A stretch of DNA of 34,544 nt from an uncultured Planctomycetales bacterium (GCA_964465955.1 CAYXMN010000002.1:1-34544), one strand, 5' to 3'. Shown: positions 27,242 to 34,544, counted from the first letter of the stretch. Numbers and translations: made by a program. Notes: generated from the letters alone by a model not told the origin.

Positions 27242-27943
27242 ATGGCGATTTACGATGATTTCTCCAGCGGGCAACTCGACCCTGAGCGCTGGGCTAAGGG
27301 TGAAATGTGGGATGGCGCTAAGCTGGTTTGGCGCTGGATTGATCCAGGCTTGCGGACTGAAGTCAACTCGGGACGGTTGACATTAGCGGTGGAGCGCTAC
27401 AGCTTGAGCCATGCTGCGGTGCAGATTTTCGACAATCCGAAGGCGTTGTACTTAAGCACGCGGGCTTGGCCCATCGGCGAGCGGCCCGTGAAGTTCAGCT
27501 GCACCCTGGCGGCGGACTGCACCGGCGATTTGGACGACATTCGCAACGGTTTCGCGAGTTTCAATGTGCTCGATTTCGCGACAGGCACAGTGATGGATAT
27601 TGTGGCTAACGGCCGCAAGGTATGGTCCATTACCGAACGGCTCGACATCCCTGGTGTGGCGGAGCCGCCCGCGCCCTTCTCGGACTACTGCGACTTGAAC
27701 GTTGCCAGCTCTCCGGGGCAGGAGCACGAGGTGGCTGTGCTGTATAACCCGCAGGCCGGGGAGGTGAGCTACCAGGTTGACGGCGAGGTGCGCCAGCAGC
27801 GCTCTCTGCCCACCCGGCCCGCCAGCTTGACGCTGGGCATGGGGCTGATCACGTTGTATCCCATCGAGCATGGGCGCTCCGTGAGCTGCCGGGGCCAGGG
27901 TGGCCTGGGGCTGTGGGGCCGGATCGCGAGCGAAGAACTTTAA
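27242..27943 (+). CDS. hypothetical cytoplasmic protein (233 aa) between the NfeD-like and ArsR genes
   Basis: AGGTGG RBS 6 nt before ATG 27242. High GC3. No signal peptide and no motif I can name. Confidence 0.7.
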   Translation: MAIYDDFSSGQLDPERWAKGEMWDGAKLVWRWIDPGLRTEVNSGRLTLAVERYSLSHAAVQIFDNPKALYLSTRAWPIGERPVKFSCTLAADCTGDLDDIRNGFASFNVLDFATGTVMDIVANGRKVWSITERLDIPGVAEPPAPFSDYCDLNVASSPGQEHEVAVLYNPQAGEVSYQVDGEVRQQRSLPTRPASLTLGMGLITLYPIEHGRSVSCRGQGGLGLWGRIASEEL

Positions 27944-28018
27944 TGGCTAGAAGCGCCGGCCCCGGACGGGAGGGAACTGGGGTGGCGGCAAGGGCTGGGC
28001 AGCGCCCCGGCCAGACGA

Positions 28019-28062
28019 TTGCACCTTGACATGGATTCTGTTATACTTCGACACATGTCGAA
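28019..28062 (+). promoter_or_regulatory. promoter TTGCAC-N17-TATACT plus 7-2-7 palindrome TTCGACA-ca-TGTCGAA overlapping the arsR-like start
   Basis: -35 at 28019-28024 and -10 at 28042-28047. The palindrome at 28047-28062 spans the predicted TSS and ATG 28055. No SD is present, so the transcript is probably leaderless and autoregulated. Confidence 0.45.
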
Positions 28063-28378
28063 TTATCGAACCGAAGATGTTGAACGGCTGGCAGAAGTGT
28101 TCAAGTGCTTGGGCAACCGCCACCGTTTGCGAATTCTGATCGAGCTCGCCGCCTGCTGCAAGCCGGACGCGGCTTGTTGCGGGGGGGCGGGATCGCGCAG
28201 GGTAGGCGAGCTCGCCGAGGGCCAGGAGCTGGCGGCTAGCACGGTATCGCACCACATCAAGGAACTGAACCGCGCGGGATTGATGTGCTGCGCCAAACAT
28301 GGCAAGCAGACGCTGTGCTGCGTTGACCAAGGCGTGCTGGCGGAACTCCGGGAGTTCTTCAATGGCCTTGCCCGCTGA
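28055..28378 (+). CDS. ArsR/SmtB-family metalloregulator with four vicinal Cys-Cys pairs
   Basis: FKCLGNRHRLRILIEL ... STVSHHIKELNRAGL winged-helix core. CC pairs occur in AACCKPDAACCGG (an insertion at the alpha3 position) and in LMCCAKHGKQTLCCV (wing). Confidence 0.85.
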   Translation: MSNYRTEDVERLAEVFKCLGNRHRLRILIELAACCKPDAACCGGAGSRRVGELAEGQELAASTVSHHIKELNRAGLMCCAKHGKQTLCCVDQGVLAELREFFNGLAR

Positions 28379-28418
28379 CCCGGTTCGAGACGGCAGAGAC
28401 TATGTCAAGGAGTACGAG

Positions 28419-28574
28419 ATGTGTAGTAGTGAACAAGGCCACAGCGGCCAGTGCGGCAGCAAGACCTTTTCCTGGCAGTGCGACTGCGGATGCAACATGA
28501 CCGTGACGGTATCCTGCGACTGCAGCGGGCACGAAGGCCAGGACAAGGAAGGGAAGTGCTGCGGCGGTAAATAG
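28419..28574 (+). CDS. 51-aa Cys-rich protein (9 Cys, 2 His), metallothionein-like candidate
   Basis: AAGGAG RBS 6 nt upstream of ATG 28419. Sequence is MCSSEQGHSGQCGSKTFSWQCDCGCNMTVTVSCDCSGHEGQDKEGKCCGGK. It lies immediately downstream of the ArsR-family gene. Confidence 0.6.
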   Translation: MCSSEQGHSGQCGSKTFSWQCDCGCNMTVTVSCDCSGHEGQDKEGKCCGGK

Positions 28575-28722
28575 CCGCCGGAGCACGGGGGGGATTCGAC
28601 CCCCGGCCCTGCCGTGAGGTGCGCTGGGCTTAATCGGAGAATGCTTGACCTAGCGTATAATGCCACGCAGGATTCGGCGGAGGCATTCGGGGCCGGGGGA
28701 CCGGCAAAGGAGCGGAAGAAAG

Positions 28723-30285
28723 ATGGATTTACTGTATGCAATCGCGCTGCCGATGGCGCAACTCAAACCACCCAGCACGACAACCATCGTGTTCATCATG
28801 GTCGGCGTCGCCGTCCTTTTTATCATTCTCGGCATTTGGGCCAGCCGCTTCACCAAGGTGCCGCCCAACACCGTGATGGTGATCTCCGGCGGCAGCGGCC
28901 AGACCATCCGCCGGACGGACGGCACCCGCACGAAGCTGGGCTTCCGCATTATCAAGGGCGGCGGCACGTTCGTCCTGCCGATCCTGGAACGCGTCGATCT
29001 CCTGAGCCTGGAGCTAATGACCATCGATGTGAAGACGCCTGAGGTCTACACCCTGCAAGGCGTGCCGGTGATGGTGGACGGCGTGGCGCAGATCAAGGTG
29101 AAAAGCGACGACGTCTCGATCGCGACCGCCGTCGAGCAGTTCTTAAGCAAGTCCACCGTGGACATCATGAATGTGGCGCAACAGACGCTGGAAGGCCACC
29201 TGCGCGCGATCATGGGCACGATGAACGTCGAGGAGATCTACCGCAACCGCGACGCCTTCGCCCAGCGCGTGCAGGACATCGCGGCGACGGACTTAGCCAA
29301 CATGGGCCTCGCCATCATCTCGTTTACCATCCGCGACGTGCGCGACAACGAGGGCTATCTCGACGCCCTGGGCAAGAAGCGCACCGCCGAAGTGAAGCGC
29401 GACGCGCGCATCGGCGAGGCGGAGGCGGAGCGCGACGCGACGATCAAGGCCGCATCGTTCCGCCAGGAAGGCGAGACGGCGAAGTTTGAGGCCGAGACGA
29501 AGATCGCCGCCAGCAATCGCGACTACGAGATTCAGGTGGCTAATTACACCAAGTCGGTCAACAAGGAAAAGGCCGAGGCGGACTTGTCCTACGACCTGCA
29601 AAAGAACCTTTCCTTGCGCCAGGTGCGCGAGAACGAGGTCGAGGTCGAGATTGTGGAGAAGAACAAGCGCATCGAACTGGAGCAGCTCGAAATCCAGCGC
29701 AAGCAGAAGGAGCTGGAGGCGACGATCCAGCGCCCGGCGGACGCCAAGAAGTACGAGACCGAGCGCCACGCCGAGGCGGAGCGTTTCCGGCTGGAGAACG
29801 TGGCGGAGGGCGAGTCGCGCAGCCGCAAGCTGACCGGCTTCGCTGAGGCCGAGGTCGTCCAGGCCAAGGGTAATGCGGAGGCCGAAGCGGTGAAGGCCAA
29901 GGGTCTCGCGGAAGCGGAGATCATCCGCCAGAAGGGTCTCTCGGAAGCGGCGGGGTCGATGGAAAAGGCTAAAGCCTGGCAGGAGTACAACGAGGCGGCC
30001 ATCGCGCAGCTGCTCATCGAGAAGCTGCCGGAGATCGCCCGCGCCATCGCCGAGCCGATGGCCCGCATCCAGAGCATCACCATCGTAGACTCAGGCGGCC
30101 AGGCCGGGACTGGCGCGCACAAGATCACGCAGGATATCGGCAAGGTGCTGGCGGAGCTGCCGCCGGTGGTCGAAGCGCGCAGCGGCGTGGACTTGAAGCA
30201 GTTGATCCAGATGCTGCCGGACATCGCGGCCAACGCGGCGCACAAAAAGAGCGCGCCGGCGGATGACGGCGGCAAGGTGAAGTAA
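28723..30285 (+). CDS. flotillin-family (SPFH domain) membrane protein, YqiK/FloT-like
   Basis: N-terminal TM segment, SPFH domain (VMVDGVAQIKVKSDD...MGLAIISFTIRDVRD), and Glu/Ala-rich coiled-coil flotillin repeats (AEAERDA.., AEAEAVKAKGLAEAE). Confidence 0.9.
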   Translation: MDLLYAIALPMAQLKPPSTTTIVFIMVGVAVLFIILGIWASRFTKVPPNTVMVISGGSGQTIRRTDGTRTKLGFRIIKGGGTFVLPILERVDLLSLELMTIDVKTPEVYTLQGVPVMVDGVAQIKVKSDDVSIATAVEQFLSKSTVDIMNVAQQTLEGHLRAIMGTMNVEEIYRNRDAFAQRVQDIAATDLANMGLAIISFTIRDVRDNEGYLDALGKKRTAEVKRDARIGEAEAERDATIKAASFRQEGETAKFEAETKIAASNRDYEIQVANYTKSVNKEKAEADLSYDLQKNLSLRQVRENEVEVEIVEKNKRIELEQLEIQRKQKELEATIQRPADAKKYETERHAEAERFRLENVAEGESRSRKLTGFAEAEVVQAKGNAEAEAVKAKGLAEAEIIRQKGLSEAAGSMEKAKAWQEYNEAAIAQLLIEKLPEIARAIAEPMARIQSITIVDSGGQAGTGAHKITQDIGKVLAELPPVVEARSGVDLKQLIQMLPDIAANAAHKKSAPADDGGKVK

Positions 30286-30311
30286 GGAGAACGCATCTCA
30301 CTCGCAAATCA

Positions 30312-30345
30312 AGCCGGGGGCCCACGCGGCCTCCGGCTTTTTTTA
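30312..30345 (+). terminator. intrinsic terminator after the flotillin gene
   Basis: Long GC stem AGCCGGGGGCC..GGCCTCCGGCT followed by TTTTTTT. Confidence 0.8.
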
Positions 30346-30361
30346 TTCTGGAGGGGCGCGT

Positions 30362-30480
30362 AGGGGCGAAGCCATGCTTCGCCCATCCTCCGCCCGGTAG
30401 CCGGGGCTTTGGCCCCAGCGCTCCAGTGGGGCAGGCAGCCTGCCTGCCATCCCCCGGCCTAAAGGCCGGGCTACCAGCGC
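30362..30480. repeat. cluster of four consecutive GC-rich hairpins (REP-like elements) between convergent genes
   Basis: GGGGCGAAGC-catg-CTTCGCCC (30362-30385; relative of the 7687-7710 hairpin). GGTAGCCGGGGCTTTGGCCCC (inverted relative of 15417-15443). GGCAGGCAG-c-CTGCCTGCC. CCGGCCTAAAGGCCGGGCTACCAGCGC. Confidence 0.55.
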
Positions 30481-30989
30481 TACTGGGCGGGCTGGCGCGG
30501 CTCGCGCAGCAGCACGCGGGAGATAAATAGGTATAGCGCGGCGAGCCAGGTGAGGTTGAGGAGAAGGGAAAGGAATGAAGCCCAGTAAGGTAGCTCCAAG
30601 TGTAAATCCGATATCAAAGCGCTACACACAGTTGTGGTAACCGCGCCATCGAGCTCACTCCCGAAAGAATATAGCGGAAGCACTGTCAGGCCTACCGCAA
30701 GTTTCGCCCAGTATTCGAGGGCGAAACGCAGTCCCCCAGTTAGGCTCGGGAAGATTCCCGGCAATAGGAATACCATTCCATTCAGCGCTACAGCTGCTGC
30801 CATAACGCCAACCAGCGCCAATGCCCATCGAGTGCGCCCTTGTTTCCACCACCAGACAGCCAGCGCGAACAACATCAGCCCTGCTGCAGCACCTTCCAGC
30901 TCAAATTGGCTGTTGTTCAATTCAAAGTACCAGTCGCCAACTGTGGATCGAAACAACTCATGCGTAATGCTTTCGACGAATTCCACCAA
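30480..30989 (-). CDS. polytopic membrane protein, hypothetical
   Basis: About four hydrophobic segments. TTG/GTG start with no clear SD. It lies 27 nt downstream of the preceding minus-strand gene, so the two are probably co-transcribed. Confidence 0.6.
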   Translation of the reverse strand: MVEFVESITHELFRSTVGDWYFELNNSQFELEGAAAGLMLFALAVWWWKQGRTRWALALVGVMAAAVALNGMVFLLPGIFPSLTGGLRFALEYWAKLAVGLTVLPLYSFGSELDGAVTTTVCSALISDLHLELPYWASFLSLLLNLTWLAALYLFISRVLLREPRQPAQ

Positions 30990-31016
30990 AACTGGGAGGC
31001 CGAACGCGATTGAAAC

Positions 31017-31586
31017 TCATACTGGTGCGAGCCAGGAATGCCTCTGGGAAGTGGCTAGCAAAGCCACGAGCCAGAGCAGTACCTGCCAGACTCCACAGGT
31101 TACTTCCAAGCTAGAGGTGGCCGCAACCAGAACTCCACCAAAGGATAAGTTTGCTGCAGGTAGCATCCCACCGCCGATGTAGCCGCCAAGCGCTAACAGG
31201 AACCGGAATGCAGCCAAACTCGTGAACGCCGGCCAGGTGCGTAAGAGCGCTAGGTTGTACAACTGCGCGAATGTCGCCACGGCAGGCGCGGCCTCTTCTT
31301 CACCGATTTCGCGACACGCCCTCGCCGAAGCGCCAGCTGCGAGGATGGCGCAAAGCAGAAAGCACAATGTAATCGCGTTGTCTAGCAGGGTTTCCAGTTC
31401 ATCCAGCCAACTACGGTTGGTGTTAACCGAAATCAAGCCTGGTGCGAAAGCAGAAAGCAGGATCATCGACACGAGCGCGGTCGCTAAGAGCAACGTGCCT
31501 CCCAAAATCCATATCCCGCGCTTCCACCACCAGCGCGCCATGGCGGGCTGGGTCAGCTTGGCCAGCGTCCGCAGGCTTACCCCCAT
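31017..31586 (-). CDS. polytopic membrane protein, hypothetical
   Basis: WWWKRGIWILGGTLLLATALVSMILL and further TM segments. TACAAT lies 6 nt upstream of the ATG with no SD. A sigma28-type promoter lies about 110 nt upstream. Confidence 0.6.
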   Translation of the reverse strand: MGVSLRTLAKLTQPAMARWWWKRGIWILGGTLLLATALVSMILLSAFAPGLISVNTNRSWLDELETLLDNAITLCFLLCAILAAGASARACREIGEEEAAPAVATFAQLYNLALLRTWPAFTSLAAFRFLLALGGYIGGGMLPAANLSFGGVLVAATSSLEVTCGVWQVLLWLVALLATSQRHSWLAPV

Positions 31587-31703
31587 GGGCGTATTGTAGA
31601 CGATTCAGGGTTAAACAGGTGTGTCTGAATGTGCGCAGGCGCGCGCGATTTTATCCAGACTAAAAGTGCCTGGACGGCATTTTGCGTAGACTTAACACAC
31701 TTC

Positions 31704-31730
31704 TTATCGGCAGACATTGACGAGACTTTA
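31704..31730 (-). promoter_or_regulatory. near-consensus sigma28 (FliA) promoter on the minus strand: TAAAGTCT-N11-GCCGATAA
   Basis: Complement of 31704-31730 reads TAAAGTCTcgtcaatgtctGCCGATAA, against the enterobacterial consensus TAAAGTTT-N11-GCCGATAA. It points toward 31586..31017, away from the flagellin gene. Confidence 0.55.
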
Positions 31731-31776
31731 GTGTTCTGGTAATCTTTCACTAGGACAAAGCGGGCGCAATCCATTA

Positions 31777-31853
31777 CAAGGAGGTGATGTATTGCCCAAC
31801 CCACAGCGTACCGTGATGTTCTGAAGTCTACGCCACTGGCACATTCAAGGAGG
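31777..31853 (+). promoter_or_regulatory. two CAAGGAGG motifs in the flagellin leader (candidate CsrA sites; the second is the SD)
   Basis: CAAGGAGGTGATGT at 31777 and CAAGGAGGAATGTGT at 31846. The first is not positioned to start a sensible ORF. Confidence 0.3.
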
Positions 31854-31864
31854 AATGTGTAGAA

Positions 31865-34544
31865 ATGTCTGTTCTACGGATTTATAATAACCCACTCGCG
31901 ATCAACTCCCTGCGCAATCTGTCGATTACGTCGGGTTCGGTCGCTAAATCCCTAGAACGGTTGAGCTCAGGCCTACGGATTAACCGCGCGGCGGACGACG
32001 CCGCCGGTCTCTCGATTAGCGAGAAATTACGTGCACAGATTCGAGGGCTCAATCGTGCTAGTAGCAACGCGCTGGACGGCATATCGTTGATCCAGACCGC
32101 CGAGGGCGCGCTGAACGAGGTGCATAGCATCTTGCAGCGTATGCGCGAGCTGTCTGTCCAAGCGGCCAACGGCATCTACACCGCCGACGACCGCCAGGCG
32201 ATTCAGCTGGAAATCTCCCAACTGACCGACGAGATCAACCGCATTGCCGACACGACGGAATTCAACTCTAAAACCCTGCTGGACGGCACGCTCGGCGCGC
32301 TGATCAGCACCGACGACTATACGCGCGTCAGCGCCGCGGTCGTCGGCAACGTGGGCAAGGGCGGCAACTTCGTGATGAAGGCCGCCGCGCTGACCACGGG
32401 CCAGCTCCAGGTGCAAAAGACCGACGTGTTCGCCACCACGCTGGAGGCGGACGCGGTGGGCAAGGTGAACTACCTCAAGACCTGGCAGGCCCACGCCAGC
32501 TTCACCACCTCGACCTCGAACACCGGTATCACGGCCATCGCCGTGCCGGTCACCGCCGCGGGCAGCGTGGCGGTGCAGAGCGAGGTGAACGGGCGCATCA
32601 GCGTTTACAACGCCGAACTCGCCAGCGCGGGCCGGAACTATGTTTCGTTGTTCCAGGCCAGCGGTGTGACGGCAGGCGACAAGTTCATCTTTAGCTTCAC
32701 GATCAGCAACGGCGGCGGCGCCGGCGGCAAGTACATCATTTCGTTCGCCGCGCCGAGCTTCGGTACCGATCTCACCAGCTTCGCCGCCATCATCAGTTCG
32801 ACGGTGACCGCGGGAACCAACGCCTATAACGGCACCGCGGCGAACTACGGCATTAGCGCCGTCAACTACGACGCCGCCAACGGCCGGTTCAGCTTCGCCA
32901 TCTCAGGCGGCGCGGTGGTGGTCAGCGGCATGACCGCGGACTTCGTGGACGGCGACAACGGCAAGAGCCAGTTCCACTTAAGCTTTGCCAGCGACGGCAC
33001 CGAGAGCAACGTGTTCATCATGGCGGCCAGCATCGCGGTGGTCAACAACGGCAACACGTTCAACGCCGCCGTGAGCTATGCGGCCAACGGCGGGGCGATC
33101 ACCATCGGCTCAATCGCCGCGGGTTTCAGCACCGGCCACATGAATGTGCTGTTCGACACGGCCTACAGCCATTGGGGCAGCATCGCCGACGGCTCGGCGG
33201 ACTTCGCCGACACCGTGGCCTGGAGCAAGTACACCGGCACCAACACCTTCGCCAACGATATGGTGCTATCGCAAAGCGGCCCGGCCAGTGCCAATGGCAC
33301 CTATCTGGTCCGCGCGCTGAGCACCCGCACCTTCCAGGTCTTCAGTTTCAACAATGCGGCCTACACCAGCCTGGTTGCCGGCGGCACGGACCAAACGGCG
33401 GCGGTGAGCCTGGCGACCGGCTCGGCGGCGTTGAGTAACGCCACCGGCGTGACGACCTTTAGCATCGGGCTAGGTTTCACCGGCGTTGCCGGCGGCCCGC
33501 TCGAGAACATCATCATCGGCTGGGATTCCAACACGATCCTGCAAACCGGCGAGACGGCGACGTTCAACGTCAGCACCAACAACGTGCTGACCGCGGACCA
33601 AGCCAACACGCTGGCGAGCTTGAACCGCTTTGACGACTTCGGCGTGTTCAACGGCCGCAACAACGTGGAGCTGACGGTCTATCTGCGCGGTTCCAGCCAG
33701 AGCGTGACGGTCAACCTGTTCAAGAACGACACGCTGGAAGACATGGCGGGCAAGATCAGCCTCGCCATCTGGAATCCGGACGGCAGCGGCGTCGTGAACA
33801 GCAACATCATCAATCCGCTCAATGCGCCTGATCTGGTGCATGTGAACACCATCGGCTCGGCCAAGGGCACCGTGTCCATTACGACTCCGGTGCCGGGGGC
33901 GGAGATTGTGTTCGCGGGCGACGAGAAGCTGCTCAAGGCCTTGAGCTTAATCCAGGTGCAGGAAGGCGTGTCGCCGACTTACAGCATCAACGCCTTCAAC
34001 TTGGAAACGGGCACGACCGTCGGTACCGTCGAAGTCCAATCCGACGAGATCACAGGCCTGCTGCCAGGCCTCAAGGTCTTCTTCGACAACACCCTCGGGA
34101 TCAAGGTCGACCCGGATCCGCCAGTCAGCGGCGGGGCTGATCCCACCAGCTTCGCTTATTTGAAGATGAACGAACATCCCGCCCTCAGCCTGTCCGGCGA
34201 TGTGGAGAGCTTCTTCATCCACGTCGCGCCGCGCGACTTCACGCTGCAGGTGGGTGCCAACGAAGGCCAGACGATTTCCAGCTATATCGGTGACATGAGC
34301 GCGCAAGCACTCGGCATCGAGGGCCTGCTGGTGGTTGACAGTGAACTCGCGCAGGAGTCGATTAGCATCGTCGACCACGCGATTAACAAGGTGAGCAACC
34401 AGCGGTCCCGCTTGGGCGCACTCCAGAACCGCCTGGAGAGCACCATCCGCAACCTCGACGTGGCGGCGGAGAACCTGACCGCCTCGGAGAGCCGCATCCG
34501 CGACGCGGATGTGGCGCTGGAAACAGTCGTGCTGACCCGCAATC
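31865..34544 (+). CDS. fliC: giant flagellin (at least 893 aa; the last ~25 codons lie beyond the window)
   Basis: N-terminal flagellin domain (LERLSSGLRINRAADDAAGLSISEKLRAQIRGLNRASSNALDGISLIQTAEGAL). C-terminal domain (NQRSRLGALQNRLESTIRNLDVAAENLTASESRIRDAD). Flagellin_IN-like segment (VELTVYLRGSSQSVTVNLFKNDTLEDMAGKISLAI). Not in the ORF track because no stop lies in the window. Confidence 0.95.
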   Translation, partial: MSVLRIYNNPLAINSLRNLSITSGSVAKSLERLSSGLRINRAADDAAGLSISEKLRAQIRGLNRASSNALDGISLIQTAEGALNEVHSILQRMRELSVQAANGIYTADDRQAIQLEISQLTDEINRIADTTEFNSKTLLDGTLGALISTDDYTRVSAAVVGNVGKGGNFVMKAAALTTGQLQVQKTDVFATTLEADAVGKVNYLKTWQAHASFTTSTSNTGITAIAVPVTAAGSVAVQSEVNGRISVYNAELASAGRNYVSLFQASGVTAGDKFIFSFTISNGGGAGGKYIISFAAPSFGTDLTSFAAIISSTVTAGTNAYNGTAANYGISAVNYDAANGRFSFAISGGAVVVSGMTADFVDGDNGKSQFHLSFASDGTESNVFIMAASIAVVNNGNTFNAAVSYAANGGAITIGSIAAGFSTGHMNVLFDTAYSHWGSIADGSADFADTVAWSKYTGTNTFANDMVLSQSGPASANGTYLVRALSTRTFQVFSFNNAAYTSLVAGGTDQTAAVSLATGSAALSNATGVTTFSIGLGFTGVAGGPLENIIIGWDSNTILQTGETATFNVSTNNVLTADQANTLASLNRFDDFGVFNGRNNVELTVYLRGSSQSVTVNLFKNDTLEDMAGKISLAIWNPDGSGVVNSNIINPLNAPDLVHVNTIGSAKGTVSITTPVPGAEIVFAGDEKLLKALSLIQVQEGVSPTYSINAFNLETGTTVGTVEVQSDEITGLLPGLKVFFDNTLGIKVDPDPPVSGGADPTSFAYLKMNEHPALSLSGDVESFFIHVAPRDFTLQVGANEGQTISSYIGDMSAQALGIEGLLVVDSELAQESISIVDHAINKVSNQRSRLGALQNRLESTIRNLDVAAENLTASESRIRDADVALETVVLTRN

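Noticed and set aside
28585-28605. GGGGGGATTCGACCCCC, which resembles the 5' GGAUUCGAC motif of tmRNA or a tRNA T-arm.
   Set aside because: No acceptor, anticodon or tag-reading-frame elements are present, and the flotillin gene starts about 120 nt later. Most likely it is just a GC hairpin after the Cys-rich ORF.
31833-31850. TGGCAC upstream of the flagellin gene as a possible sigma54 -24 element.
   Set aside because: There is no TTGC/-12 GC at the required spacing, and the motif abuts the ribosome-binding site, leaving no room for a leader.

Overview
High-GC (roughly 60-65% by eye) chromosomal segment from a diderm, flagellated bacterium, judged from kdsA, many lipobox lipoproteins and a flagellin gene. 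Recognisable backbone genes are dnaB, purD, an ALDH7-type aldehyde dehydrogenase, a ThiF/MoeB-type E1-like enzyme, kdsA, a membrane pyrophosphatase (hppA), an NfeD/YqiJ-like plus flotillin pair, and a giant flagellin that runs off the 3' edge. A beta-propeller lipoprotein gene runs off the 5' edge. Neither edge gene is in the ORF track because neither has a stop in the window. Between the backbone genes lie many secreted or lipoprotein genes of unknown function. There are also AT-richer patches: 5041-6600 with a solitary mrr, about 16340-16990, and 23950-26130 with two secreted proteins. These look horizontally acquired but carry no integrase or transposase. The strongest observations are: (1) a TlpA-like lipoprotein whose CxxC nucleophilic Cys is an in-frame TGA followed by a SECIS-like hairpin, so a probable selenoprotein that the ORF track splits in two; (2) a clear cobalamin riboswitch in front of the beta-propeller lipoprotein; (3) an ArsR/SmtB regulator with four Cys-Cys pairs and a 51-aa, 9-Cys protein embedded between the NfeD-like and flotillin genes; (4) a near-consensus sigma28 promoter next to the flagellin gene but pointing away from it, toward two unknown membrane proteins; (5) a 67-residue insertion in a conserved loop of the pyrophosphatase; (6) orphan terminators and structured leaders that suggest unannotated RNAs; (7) REP-like hairpin repeat families; (8) recurrent leaderless-type promoter/start junctions. 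I found no rRNA, tRNA, CRISPR array, transposase or recognisable defence operon apart from mrr. Many long ORFs in the track are antisense or out-of-frame artefacts of high GC content.
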